A DNA stretch of 64,000 nt from Lama guanicoe (Eukaryota): the NCBI GenBank assembly GCA_013239625.1, contig MU053810.1, positions 682,001 through 746,000 of the forward strand. The letters run 5' to 3'. Below are positions 62,953 through 64,000 of the stretch, piece after piece (position 1 is the first letter of the stretch; the number at the start of each line of letters is the position of its first letter). The notes under the pieces were generated by a model that worked only from the letters and a program-made list of their open reading frames with translations, was not told the origin of the DNA and searched no databases. The position numbers and the translations under genes were made by a program.

Positions 62953-64000
62953 CCTGAAAGCAACTAACCCGGTTTCCCCTGTGAAGCTGTGTCATCTTGC
63001 GAACGTTATGTAATTGGAACTACATCGTAGGAAACTGTGATGCCTTTGAGATGCACCCAAGTTGGCGCACGGGGTTTCTTTTTATTGATGTGTGGTACCC
63101 CACTGTATGGGTGTATGAGTTTGACCACTCACCCATTAAAGGACATCTCTGGGTTGTCTCCAGTGTTGTGCTATTCTGAACAAACCTAGGAATATTTCTG
63201 TTTAAGTCTTCTTTTAAACTGTGGTAAAACGGACATAAAATTTACCATTGTCACTGTTTTAAGTGCACAGTTTAGTATGTGGACAGGCTTTCGTATGGAT
63301 GTAAGTCTTCCTTTCTCTGGGACAAATGCTGGAGAGTGTAATTGCTGGATCACACGACAAATGCATGTTTAGTTTCATACAAAACAACTGCCGAACTGGT
63401 TTCTGGAGTGACCGCACCGTTCATCGTACCTCCCACCAGGGATGCAGGAGAGATCCAGTTTCTCCACAGTGTTGCCAGCATTTGGTCTTATCACTGTTTT
63501 TTATTTTAGCGGCTGTAATTGGTGTGAGTGGTATCTCCTTGGAGTTTTGATTTGCATTTCCCTAATGGCTAATGATGTTAAACATCTTTTCATGTGTTTA
63601 TTTGTCATTCCTATCTCCTCTTTGATAAAATGTCTGTTCACGTCCTCTGCCTTTCCCATCTGATTAGAAGCAGGGCCTGCATTTGTGTATTTATTGCAGT
63701 TGTGTTTTGAGTTTTGAGAATTCTTTAAATTCTCTTAGAGATTCTAGATACAAGTCAGATATGTGGTTTTCAAATATTTTCCCCCTACCTGTAGCTTGTC
63801 TTTCATCCCTTTAACAGGGTCTTTTGTTCAGCAAAAGTTTCAAATTTTGATAAAGTCCAACTTATCCTTTTTTTCCCCATAAATTATTATTTTGGTGTCA
63901 TGTCTGAGAACTCTACTCTTTGCCCAGCCCTGCTATCTTTCTTTCCTAAAAGTTTAATACATGTACACTTTACATTTAGGTCCGTGATCTGTTTTGAGTT

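Larger units (their letters stand above)
62060..64000 (-). mobile_element. Old L1 fragments interrupted by an MLT2-like LTR
   Basis: Antisense L1 hallmarks at 62060-62400 and 62955-64000 (tttgcatttccctaatggctaatgatg, cagcaaaagtttcaaattttgataaagtcc). Confidence 0.8.

Overview
Mammalian genomic DNA, most likely a camelid (six copies of a tRNA-derived Vic-1-like SINE; no Alu, B1, Bov-tA or PRE1 recognised). The window holds the 3' half of UPF2 (RENT2), the nonsense-mediated decay scaffold, on the + strand. Thirteen coding exons with GT-AG boundaries and consistent phases run from MIF4G-2 through MIF4G-3, the acidic linker and the UPF1-binding region to the stop at 53790-53792. A ~1.27 kb 3' UTR ends after AATAAA at 55049. 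Introns and the downstream flank contain L1, L2, MIR, MaLR/ERVL LTRs, hAT DNA-transposon relics and SINEs. The main anomaly: one normally conserved in-frame exon (~56 codons, QRSGES...TMPFVMLTRKGNKQQ, half of the UPF1-binding beta-hairpin) could not be found. Its apparent splice acceptor (41278-41279) runs straight into a ~99%-identical second copy of an upstream 1.08 kb intronic segment. Other points: a candidate 3/6-nt frame-preserving microexon at 8490-8495, a cluster of weak-to-strong amino-acid changes in one MIF4G-3 exon, a 114-bp duplication flanking a poly(T) stub, and CpG-rich ancient repeats in the distal 15 kb. Repeat boundaries and family names were assigned by eye and are approximate. 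Comparisons with human UPF2 rely on recall of that protein.
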